DNA of 63,332 nt, the filler included, from Folioceros fuciformis (lineage: Eukaryota), in the NCBI GenBank assembly GCA_049999805.1. It is 5 parts of 5 records of this genome, joined end to end, with 100 filler letters (N's around TTAATTAATTAA, not from the genome) between each part and the next. Parts side by side here need not be neighbours in the genome. Positions count along the whole stretch, not along the records: positions 24,225 to 46,536 come from JBNGIO010005940.1; positions 46,637 to 57,818 come from JBNGIO010005943.1; 3 more parts are not named here. One strand, written 5' to 3'. Positions 38,001-46,839 of the stretch are shown in pieces. Under the pieces are notes generated by a model, which was given only the letters and a program-made list of their open reading frames with translations, did no database searches and was not told the DNA's origin. Made by a program: the position numbers and the translations under genes. Each line of letters opens with the position of its first letter. Positions within the stretch are counted from its first letter, which is position 1.

Positions 38001-38438
38001 ACAATCTGTCTCCGCAAGAAATTCCAGGGCTCCAACGGCCTCAGTAAGCTTCCCCTGTTGACATAACCTGCTCACAGTTCCAACCGTTACGGCCAGTTCT
38101 GATCCTCCAGGCCCGCCAAGCTCAGACCCATCCAGATAGCTCGACTTGGAAGCAGAGGCACCATGGCTCATCTGCCTATCCAAAGCCACGAGCTGCTCAT
38201 CCACCCAAGCTGGCTTGAAAAAACTATCTAACCAGAGGACCTCGCGTGACCCCTTACGCCGGAAGTCAGGCGAACGGGAGCTCTTCTTATATCGCCTGCT
38301 GTCCCACCACATTGTGGGTTCCAGAAAAAATTGTCGCCACAAAAGCTCCTGCTCCTGCCGACGACCATCGCTGGAAATTACTGCCCCAGCCGTACATTTT
38401 CTCGAAAGTATTGGGTTCTTGAGCCTGCTCCACCTCAA
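35043..38438 (-). CDS. PLS-PPR with DYW:KP (GRP-type) deaminase-like domain and N-terminal OSB-type PDF motif; candidate U-to-C editing factor; start codon uncertain
   Basis: Open 1131-codon frame with about 6 PLS triplets, P2L2S2 and E1E2. Modified PG box KKHAVAGIEI, short gating region, HAEKLA, KNLRMCSDCH and terminal CSCEGRP. N-terminal LWRQFFLEPTMWWDSR..K....PDFRRK....LWL. Confidence 0.92.
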   Translation of the reverse strand: MRWSRLKNPILSRKCTAGAVISSDGRRQEQELLWRQFFLEPTMWWDSRRYKKSSRSPDFRRKGSREVLWLDSFFKPAWVDEQLVALDRQMSHGASASKSSYLDGSELGGPGGSELAVTVGTVSRLCQQGKLTEAVGALEFLAETDCVISQSLLFNVLKLCSAKRNLVVGRRVHDVVVRLGYESDTFLGNHILRMYSGSGRLQEAMKVFNMVRKPDPFMWSSIITAHTKLGKPNEAIQLYHEMRSSGEEGNAHVFVAALQASAFAADLEAGRKVHYDVLHSGIPPDLFVGSGLVDMYAKCGELGDARRVFDSLATKDVVTWNALIAGYAKHGLDQEAFALYEQMEQEGLNLADHFTFACLLKACGNPSALHKGRQLHSRIVARGQLDSIVVSNCLVDMYAKCGELEDARLAFDSLLRRDVVTWTILIAGYANHGLGQEALVLYGQMEEEGLVLADHVTFACLLKACASTGDLQKGRQLHSQIVERGQLDNKMVGTCLVDMYAKCGEPEEARQIFDKLATKDVVTWTALIAGYADHGLGQEALVLYGQMEQEGLISANNVTYSCLLKACASAGALQKGKQLHSEIVERGLFDDLLVGTCLVDMYAKCGELEEAHRIFDSLAKKDVVTWNALISGYAKRGLGQEALSLYEQMEQEGLILADHFTFACLLMACASSGALQKGRQLHSQLAGREQLEGDLVVGTCLVDMYVKCGEVEDARRVFDNLGKKDVVTWNALIAGYAQQGLCQEAFVLFEHMEEEDLLRADNVTFACLLNACASAGALQLGRQLHSQIVERGQLDEALVGNSLVDMYAKCGELEEARRVFDCLAAKDVVTWNALIGGCGSCDEGHSALACFEEMLVAGFQPNDVTFTCLLVACSHQGLVAEGRKYFDVMVERHGIKPTIEHYTCMIDLLGRAGQLDEAEKMLLSCESHNNVVGLTALLNACKSHGDVERAARCFESLVRLDPQRASTYVLMANVYADAGRWTDADKVEAQRLVAGATKKHAVAGIEIKKQVHRFVVGENREDISLRVQTMNARLKEEGGHVPHTKLVLKTVSEREKEDALCGHAEKLALAFGLLNTPSGTPLLVTKNLRMCSDCHSSTQILSRVEKRDIVVRDGYRVHRFAAGCCSCEGRP

Positions 38439-39454
38439 GCCTCCATTGTCTGTAAGCGCTGAACTCCCTAAAGTGAAGTGCGCTCAGCGGGACATCCTCC
38501 TAGAATCCCTGCATGCCCATCAATTTGTTCCCCCCACAACGGATCCGGTTGCCACACTAAGGTGGCCATCTTTGCAGTCCCTCAGCCTGGAAGATGAAAT
38601 GCAGAACAAACAGCGCAGGTCGTGACTCCGGAATAGGCTGCAGCGGGTGGACGGCGGCCTGCTGTGCAGTTTGAACCCTCTGGGACTACATTCCTCCTTC
38701 CTTCACATGGAATTCGGAGCTGTGACGTCACCTAAGTGCTAAGCCTCCTAAGTGCTAAGCCTACCAAATGCTTACGTAGGCTTCACGTTTCAGGAAAAGC
38801 TTGAGAGCTGCCCGGCTCAAATTTCGATCTTCACTGCACAATCCCATGGGGCGTGAGGTAATCCACGTCATGGCTGCTTCGTGCAAACCATATCGAACGC
38901 GGGCTGAAAGCCAGCGCTTCACCGGCACTCCGCAATCTCCGCTGCCTCTGCCCCTGTCTGAACTTCCCCTGCTCCTTGGTGCGTGCCCCGCTCGCTTTGG
39001 GTGACTTGGTTCTCGGCTCCCCGGGGGTTTAGCAGACCATGGCACGGGCAGTGGCTATCGCAAGTAGCTCGAGGTGGGAAACCGCGAGTCGCGTGCTTCA
39101 CAGGGCTGGCGTCCAGGCCGACGGCACATGCTTTCTGGCCACCACCTCATGCCGTTTTGCAGATCGGGCTGAGGGTCAAGATGACGGCGCAGTGCAGGAA
39201 CGCGAGGTCACACTTGGAGTCCAATGTGCCCTTCAATCAATGCTCGATTCCTCCTTCTCTAAACTCTTAGCCCAAAGCACAAAAGCTGTGACTTTCAGAT
39301 GAATAGAATTGCACCGCCCTCATTGTGGCGAAGCTGAAGGGGCCGCAAGTGTGGCCCCATCAGCCTTTTTCCTCTCTACTCCCCTCACCAGCCTTCTACC
39401 CGCTACTCCCCTTCCAGGAACAAACCACACTACTCCCCTTCCAAGAACAGAAAT

Positions 39455-39625
39455 CTAGGGATTATCCCATATCAAGACTTAAGATATCAAGACTTAGGAT
39501 AGTGTTAATTATCCCATATTAGACTCGTAATTATCTACTACCTAAGTCTTATGTGTAGATTATCCCATATTACACAATAAGAGATATACTATGGAGTCCA
39601 TCTAAGCTAGGGGTGCTATTTAACA
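39455..39625 (+). mobile_element. Degenerate solo-LTR fragment related to Copia element 2 LTR, inserted in the PPO pseudogene
   Basis: acttaggatagtgt..attatcccatatt..ctcgta..cctaagt..tggagtcc..ggtgctattt(c)aaca is shared with 22218-22431. Confidence 0.72.
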
Positions 39626-40690
39626 CCATCCAGACTTTCCATATCCAGTCAACGTTGGCATGGTGGACAAAGAAAATCGGGTCACGAAACAGCATGGTAA
39701 ACCAACCCCATGTCCGCGAACCCATAAGCCGGGTCTACCATCCGGAAATGCACAGCCTTGTTCAGTGCACGAGCCCGAGCCACCTCCTGTGCTGTTGTGG
39801 GAGAAAAGCCTGATTCGGCCACCTCCTGTGCTGTTGTGGGAGAAAAGCCTGATTCGACAGAGTCGCGAAGGAGGTTGATTATGGCAGGCTCCGCTTCAGG
39901 TCGGTGTCGAGGATGGCGCTACTTGTGATACAGAGCTGGGTACTTGTCAGGATTGCGGTAGTATTGAGGATTAGTGTTGGGAAGGCACTTGAAGTCGGCG
40001 CTCTGATTGTCCCAGTTCCAGAAAGGCAGAACAAAGGATTCAGCGCCCACCAACTTGGCCAGCATCCTCTCTAAGAAGAAGGTGAACCTATTTTTCAGCC
40101 GAGGCCACGTTGCCAGGGTGAGATGGAACGCGCCTTGCCGGCTGCAATAGCAAATGCCGGGCTGCATCACTCGAGCTGGAATTGCACGCAATTAGAGCTT
40201 ACCACGGTGGAACGGGAACAAGTACCAATTTGTTGTGGACGAGGTAGCTCAAGTACTCATAGCCAGCCTGGTGCGACAAGCCAGGAGCGCCATACAGGCA
40301 ATGGAAGTTCATCTGCGAACTCTTTGACCGTGGGTCGGCGTCTGGAAGCACCTTGTGCAGCCTGAATGCCAGGTCCAGCTGCTGCACCTAGGTTTCGTTG
40401 TCTGCGATGAGATGCGCAGCTGGACGCACTCGCATTGGCCTATTCCCAAGACCGCTCTGCTCTAAGCACTGCTGCCATGTCTTGTACAGCGGTTCGGGCT
40501 TGCGCATCAGCGCCTCGAGCGTGCAGCAGTTGGGCCTGAGAACGCCGGTCACGGAACTATTCCACACCGGCTTGGGACTCCAGTTCCAGAAATCAGCCTG
40601 AAGCGGGGCAGCTGCCACGGGTACAAGAAATCCCAAAGCTCCAAGCTGAGAGGAGAGGCCTATGATCCTTAGCTGGTGGTCTTTTCGGAA
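39626..40690 (-). pseudogene. PPO: Polyphenol oxidase (tyrosinase-type) pseudogene
   Basis: DPRS..QMNFHCLY. CuA VHN.WYLFPFHR after a frameshift, intron ~40202-40088, then FFLERMLAKL...FVLPFWNWD. CuB DMG...RDPIFFVHHANVDWIWKVW. Contains stops, frameshifts and a 39-bp internal duplication. Confidence 0.85.
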
Positions 40691-42197
40691 GATGCAGCCA
40701 GAAAAAGCCGGCTGTGGGCAGGGCAGTCACTCTACCTGATAGTTAGCAGTGTTAGGTACGCCAGCTCTTCCTTTGCTCTATCACGCCCAAGACCGTGATG
40801 TGAGCCCCCTGGCGCTAACGAACGAGATGATGTGCTGTTCTAGCGAATCGGAGTTCTTCCTCCCACACATCAGGTAACCAAACCAGTCCACCAGAATCCA
40901 TAAACAGAACCAAGTGCATTGGCGCCAAAGAATTGAATTTGTACTACGTACTGCATTCGTCACTTGACAACCAACCAGCACCAGGCGAAGCGAAATACCA
41001 TCTCCTCCGTTGCTCCTCTTCACTTCAGGGAAGAGTCCACGACAACAGATGAGATCGTACAGAGATTCCTCCTCCTGCGGTTGTGCTTTCCTTTGTTGTG
41101 GTTTCAGAGGAAGCAAAGACTATTGTGCTTGTCAGATTTCACGGTCGGTGCGGGCATTGCTGTATGGCATGCCGCAGAGGACGAACAGAGTATGTCTGCC
41201 CTCCTTCGCAGCACCACAAACACCGCTTTGGTGCCAGGGCCAAAACTACCCTCCTCCCCAAAGAGAACATCTTCCGAGGCACCAAAAAAACCTACAGACC
41301 ACTGTGGCAATCAGATCATGCTCTCACACTTTCTGCTGCAAAGCACTGCACTTCCACACCCCTTAACTCCCTCGTTTGCTCTTTCTGCTGCAAAGTGCCT
41401 GAACTCCCTCGTATGTTCATCACGAGCTCAGTTTGAGGATTGGACCGGGGTCACTGGTGATGGTATACTTCCTGGCCCGCGTTTACGGCCTCTCATGGCA
41501 TGCCATAGCCACTCACAGGGCCGCGTAGCGCGGGCAGCTGGGACGGTACCAGCTCTCCTGGGACCATATGTACAAGGTTTAGGGTTCCCGCTGGTTTCAA
41601 GGCAAGGCCTGCGGCCTGAATGAAGATGTACAGGCAAGATCGGGCTGGAGGGAAGGGTGCCTCGCCCTCGCCCGCGCCTCCAGACCCCTTCCTTCAGGCT
41701 CCACGCACACGCAACGGCGACAAGAACTAGTCACACGTGTCTCGTATAGCAAGTAGAATGACAACAACAGTGAGGCACAAATTTTTGAAACAAGCTTTTG
41801 ACTACTTCACAAGTTCCCGCGTGAGCGAGCAAGTGGCCTTCGTGCGACCTGTTCCCAGTCGTGGTGACAGTAGTGCGGGAAGCATCTTGTGGATTGAGCG
41901 ACCTCCAAAATAACAACAAACACTGTGCATCGCTCAGCCAGTTCTCCAGGAAGCCAGTCGCGTTTAGGGCAATACTGGACGCAGTGGGGCTAAATTCTGG
42001 CCATCTTCAGGACGAGCTAACAAGCTTGCCTTGAGCTGGCCAGGTCTCCTGGTGCAACCTGTCCCAAGACGGCTCTCACAGTCAGTACGCAATGTTTGCC
42101 CATCAGGGGCAATGCGAAGTCCTCCTCGAACCAAGGCAGGGTTCCGACATCCTGACGGCCTGGGCGTCATCAGCGCTAGCTAACCTCAAACTTTGCC

Positions 42198-43040
42198 ATG
42201 ACGACCGTATGGTTTGGATCCGCTGTGTATCTTCTGTCCTCGTTCATCAGCCTTGGATGCTTCATTCTCTTCCGGAAACAGATCAGGGAGGGAGGAGGGC
42301 CGCATGGGCTAATTACCCCCTCTTCCTTGGAGAGGAAGGAGATAGCGCGATTGTGTGTTGTTCTGGGATCGCTGTTTCTATTGATCGTGGCTGGCTTCAG
42401 TCACAGTGGGTGGACGGAGGTGGCGACGGAGTTCTACGTGATTGCCTTGTGCGTCTTGCAGGCTGCAATAGACCAAAGACGCTGTAACATCTCCGCCAGG
42501 GAGCGAATGAACATTCCAACCATCATCAGATGGGGAGGAGTAACAAGAGACCTCTGTGAGTGCGTCCTGTGGCTAGCCTGTATGGAGATGATCGCTACAC
42601 GCGGATTCCGCCACGACCTTCTGAACGCCTATCTAGGCCTGGCGTATCTCGTCGTCGTTGGGCGTTGGGTGTTCTGGCTCCGATCCACTGCTCGAGGATT
42701 TTGGGCAGAATTGGTGAACGCTGGGAATCCGGATCCGAATCCGGAAATGTCTGGAGGGCATTTTTCTGCGCAGAAGGAACTTTGCCGGCCCGCCATCGTG
42801 TTCCACATTGGTGTTGTAGTCTTTGTGTTGCAACTCATTAGCAAGTCGGAGTGGCCCCAACGGGGGCCGCTGCTGGTCTACATCTTCACCGTCGGCTGCC
42901 ACTACGTCTTGACGACCATTCTGGGATGCCAGTTCCCGCGTCGAATTCCACTACATCTTAACTACTATCACAGGGAACTATATAGGGGAATAATTCCCAC
43001 ACAGCTGCTGGTTTCCCAGAATATGTACGTGCCAAGCTAA
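42198..43040 (+). CDS. Intronless 280-aa hypothetical multi-pass membrane protein
   Basis: ATG in gccATGa context, uninterrupted ORF, about 6-7 hydrophobic segments. No family recognised. Confidence 0.55.
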   Translation: MTTVWFGSAVYLLSSFISLGCFILFRKQIREGGGPHGLITPSSLERKEIARLCVVLGSLFLLIVAGFSHSGWTEVATEFYVIALCVLQAAIDQRRCNISARERMNIPTIIRWGGVTRDLCECVLWLACMEMIATRGFRHDLLNAYLGLAYLVVVGRWVFWLRSTARGFWAELVNAGNPDPNPEMSGGHFSAQKELCRPAIVFHIGVVVFVLQLISKSEWPQRGPLLVYIFTVGCHYVLTTILGCQFPRRIPLHLNYYHRELYRGIIPTQLLVSQNMYVPS

Positions 43041-43239
43041 AACCTCTTAACTTAGGCACAACTCACCGTAGCACTTACATATTTGAGCAATTGTCATGAA
43101 TTAAGAAAAGAATAAATTATCATTGCTATTTGGACTTGGACATTGCAACATGAAGTAAAATGGATCATCATGAAAAGATGATGTGTTAAGACCGAAGTAG
43201 TGTCTTAATCACAATATAAGGCTTATCTCACTTCTACTG

Positions 43240-43985
43240 TCATTATCAACCCCCTTCGTTGGATTGCGGAGGGTTATGAAAGAGCCAAGTATTCTCCCTT
43301 GTAAGACAAATATACTTTCATCCCCATTGCTCTCGATACTCATGGGGCTATGGGGTTTATCAAGGAGTGCACCAAGGTTTATCAGAGTAGTACAAATGGT
43401 GCTCTCCCTCTTTTCTATGTGGCGACTTTCTTTTGACACCGCAAATCCATTGCTTTGCAAAGAGCATGGTGCTCTTCCTCTTTCCAATGTGCTGACTTTC
43501 TTTTGACAACGCATATCCATTGCTTTGCAACGACCATGGTGCTCTCCCTCTTTCCTGTGTGGTTTCTTTCTTTTGACAACACAAATCCATTGCTTTGCAA
43601 AGAGCATGGTGCTCTCCCTCTTTCCAATGTGCTGACTTTCTTTTGACAATGCATATCCATTGCTTTGCAAAGAGCATGGTGCTCTCCCTCTTTCCTGTGC
43701 TGGTGACTTTCGTTTGACAACGCATATCTATTGCTTTGCAAAGAACATTGGGCCAACGTGGTTTTTAGAACAACACCGAACGTAGGTCAAGCGACTTCTT
43801 TGACACCGGTGGTAAGTAGGCCTTTTGTTTATTCCACATCATAACATTTTGGGAGTAGTGCGTAGTTTTTGAGAATGATACTCTAAGGAGCTAGTACCCT
43901 TTTAGGCCTTTGGCCTTGCTCCCATTGTTCTCCTATCTTTGGAGTAGATGAGACGTTCCATCTCTTTTTCAATAATAGAAAATAC
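43240..43985 (+). repeat. Repeat family A copy with a 70-bp tandem array x5 (43396-43745)
   Basis: atggtgctctccctc recurs at 43396, 43466, 43536, 43606 and 43676. Flanks match 9846-10550. Confidence 0.88.
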
Positions 43986-44373
43986 ACTTTACTTCTACGA
44001 TTAGAGGTGCCTAATTCTCACACACACTTAAATGTACAAGCTCAAAACAACTCTAATTATGATTTACATTAATGTACCGTTTAGAAGAAGGCACAAATCG
44101 ACCAATTTGTGAGACTATAATGCGTAGTGTCTAATGTGCCTTGTGAAGAGTTGTTGCATGCTTCTCTAATAAGCCAAGTACTAGATATTACTCATTCTTT
44201 CACTTGGTCAAATAGAGAATCACTTTTTGGTCTCCGCCGCCCTTTTGCGCTTCTTAGCATTCCTAGCTGATTTGTGGACCAACCCATCAACGGTACAAGT
44301 TAACATAGCTTAAATTTTAAGAATTATTCCATCAAATCTAAAACACGAAGAAACATATGCACCCTCAAACATG

Positions 44374-44685
44374 CTACAAGTCTAGCTTTGTAGGGGAAGA
44401 TGCAAATGCTAGTCTAATCAAGAAAAATAGCAAGCTTTCTCTCTCACCATCTTCATCCACTGCATCGACCCAACTAGAGTAGACGTCGATTGGTTGGCTT
44501 AGTGCATGGATCTCTGTTTCAAAAGCCACTTCACATACATCACATGTGGCTGTACCCTTCTTTGTTGTCTTGTTCAAAACACAGTACACGCTTTCAAGAT
44601 CGCAAAGTGGACATTTGAAAGGTCCTTGAGATAACTTCGGCTTTTTTTGAACTTTTGGTTTACTGGAGCTCTTACGTCTCACCAT
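44374..44685 (-). CDS. ELF1: Transcription elongation factor ELF1 homolog (divergent; C-terminus may be spliced at GATG|GTGAGA)
   Basis: Basic N-terminus MVRRKSSSKP, zinc ribbon FKCPLC...G.ATCDVC, and I.ALSQPIDVYSSWVDA. Confidence 0.82.
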   Translation of the reverse strand: MVRRKSSSKPKVQKKPKLSQGPFKCPLCDLESVYCVLNKTTKKGTATCDVCEVAFETEIHALSQPIDVYSSWVDAVDEDGERESLLFFLIRLAFASSPTKLDL

Positions 44686-45062
44686 TTTTCCAAATATTTA
44701 ATAACTCTTAGATATAAAAAATATCAAAGAAGATGACTACTGCTATGATTGAGTAGACTACTAATCCACAACATGGGAGCATACATATATAGTGGCTTTT
44801 TAGGAGAAAATTATCGATGTCCAAGGAAAGAATTGCTATGGATAAATATGTAAGGTTAACTAAAAGAATGTTTAAAAAACACTTCTTGGATCATGAATTA
44901 ATTAATTGATATCTTTGGGTTCTTAAATGTTTTCCTGCATGATCCCAAAGGCCAAGGAGAAGGCTAGATATCCAATATATTTTGTAGTTTTTCAATTTAT
45001 AAACTAGAGAAATTAATTAAAGTGTTGGATCTAACCTGTCTAGATCCAACACTTTCCTTGCC

Positions 45063-45283
45063 AATGGTAGATAGGCCTTTTGTTAGTCTATATCATGACA
45101 TTTTGGGAGCAGTAGATAATATTTGAGAATGATGTTCCAAGAGGCTAGTACCCTCTCTAGTCTTTGACTAGTATTTGAGAATGATGTTCGAAGAGGCTAG
45201 TATCCCTTCTAGCCTTTGACCTGGTTTTTGAGAATGATGTTCGAAGAGGCTAGCACCCCTTCTAGAGCCTTTGGCCTGGTTTT
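45063..45283 (+). repeat. Repeat family A fragment with a ~52-bp tandem x3
   Basis: tttgagaatgatgttc.aagaggctag.a.ccc.tctag..ctttg at 45122, 45174 and 45227. Confidence 0.8.
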
Positions 45284-46025
45284 TGGGAAATCATACAATT
45301 TGTCCCTACAAGAAATTCCAAGGCTCCAACAGCCTCAGTAAGCTTCCCTTGTTGACATGACCTGCTCACAATTCCAACCGTCACGGCCAGTTTTGACCCT
45401 CCAAGCCCGCCAAGCTCAGAACCATCCAGATAGCTCGACTTGGAAGCAGAGGCACCATGGCTCATCTACCTATCCAAAGCCACGAGCTGCTCATCCACCC
45501 AAGCTAGCTTGAAAAAACTATCTAACCAAAGGACCTCGCGTGACCCCTTATGTCGGAAGTCAGGCGAATGGGAGCTCTTTTCACATCGCCTGCTATCCCA
45601 CCACATTGTGGGTTCCAGAAAAAATTGTTGCCACAACAGCTCCTGCTCCTGCTCCTGCTCCTGCTCCGGCCGACGACCATCGCTGGAAATTACTGCCCCA
45701 GCCGTACATTTTCTCGAAAGTATTGGGTTCTTGAGCCTGCTCCACCTCAAGCCTCCATTGTCTGTAAGCGCTGAACTCCCTAAAGTGAAGTGCGCTCAGC
45801 GGGACATCCTCCTAGAATCCCTGCATGCCCATCAATTTGTTCCCCCCACAACGGATCGGGTTGCCACACTAAGGCGGCCATCTTTGCAGTCCTTCGGCCT
45901 GAAAGATGAAATGCAAAACAAATAGCACACGCCGTGACTCCGGAATAGGCTGCAACGGGTGGACGACGACCTCACCGTGCAATTTCAACCCTCTGAGACT
46001 CCATTCCTCCTTCCTTCACATGGAA
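45284..46025 (-). pseudogene. Truncated duplicate of the 5' end and upstream region of the PDF-PPR-DYW:KP gene
   Basis: Near-identical to 37990-38712. PDF motif retained (PTMWWDSRRCEKSSHSPDFRHKG). CAG>TAG at 45466-45468, and the copy ends before the PPR array. Confidence 0.9.
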
Positions 46026-46536
46026 CTATACAAGGGAATGATTCCCACACAGCTACTAGTTTCCCAGAATATGTACGTGCCAAGATGGAACCTCTTAACT
46101 TGGGCACAACTCACTGTAGCACTTACATGATTGAGCAATTGTCATGAATTAAGGCAAAAAATAAATTGTAATAACTAAAATGTAACGTGTTCTTGCTATT
46201 TGGACTTGGACAAAATTGTGTTTAGACCGAAGTAGTGTCTTAATCACACCATCAAGGCTTATCTAGCATTTACTGTCATCATCAACCCCCCTGGTTGGGT
46301 TGCGAAGGGTTGTGCAAGCGCCCAAGTCCATAAGTATTCACCCTTGTAAGACAAACATACTTTCATCCACATCATGGGGCTATGGGCAAGGACTTTTCAA
46401 GGTTTATCAGAGTCGTGGGAATCGTGCTCTCCCACTTTCCTATGTGATGACTTTCTTTTGACAACGCATATCCATTGCTTTGCAAAGAGCATTGGGCCAA
46501 CGTGGTTTTTAGAACAACACCGAACGTAGGTCAAGC
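46016..46536 (+). repeat. Duplicate of 42968-~43790 (ORF tail plus repeat family A with a single 70-bp unit)
   Basis: ggaactata.a.gggaat.attcccacacagct.ct.gtttcccagaatatgtacgtgccaag and downstream sequence match. Confidence 0.88.
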
Positions 46537-46839
46537 NNNNNNNNNNNNNNNNNNNNNNNNNNNNNNNNNNNNNNNNNNNNTTAATTAATTAANNNNNNNN
46601 NNNNNNNNNNNNNNNNNNNNNNNNNNNNNNNNNNNNCCTTGTAGCCATGGCTTGTCCAGCAGATGCAGTGCACCTACCTTTCCCTGGCTATCCTTGCCTA
46701 CCTTTCAGGCTCGATGCAGGGGGGGGGGGGGGATGATGCTGATCGCCACTCTATTTTTTCTGCATCAACCTTCAAGGTGGATGTGAGGCAAGAGCCATCA
46801 ACCAAGGTGCTACTCACTGCTGAAACGTTCAACTAGCAC

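Noticed and set aside
40781-41920. Several 100-220 aa ORFs between PPO and the membrane ORF
   Set aside because: No recognisable motifs and inconsistent frames; cannot support a gene call.
43209-43756. Repetitive ORFs on both strands
   Set aside because: By-products of the 70-bp tandem array.
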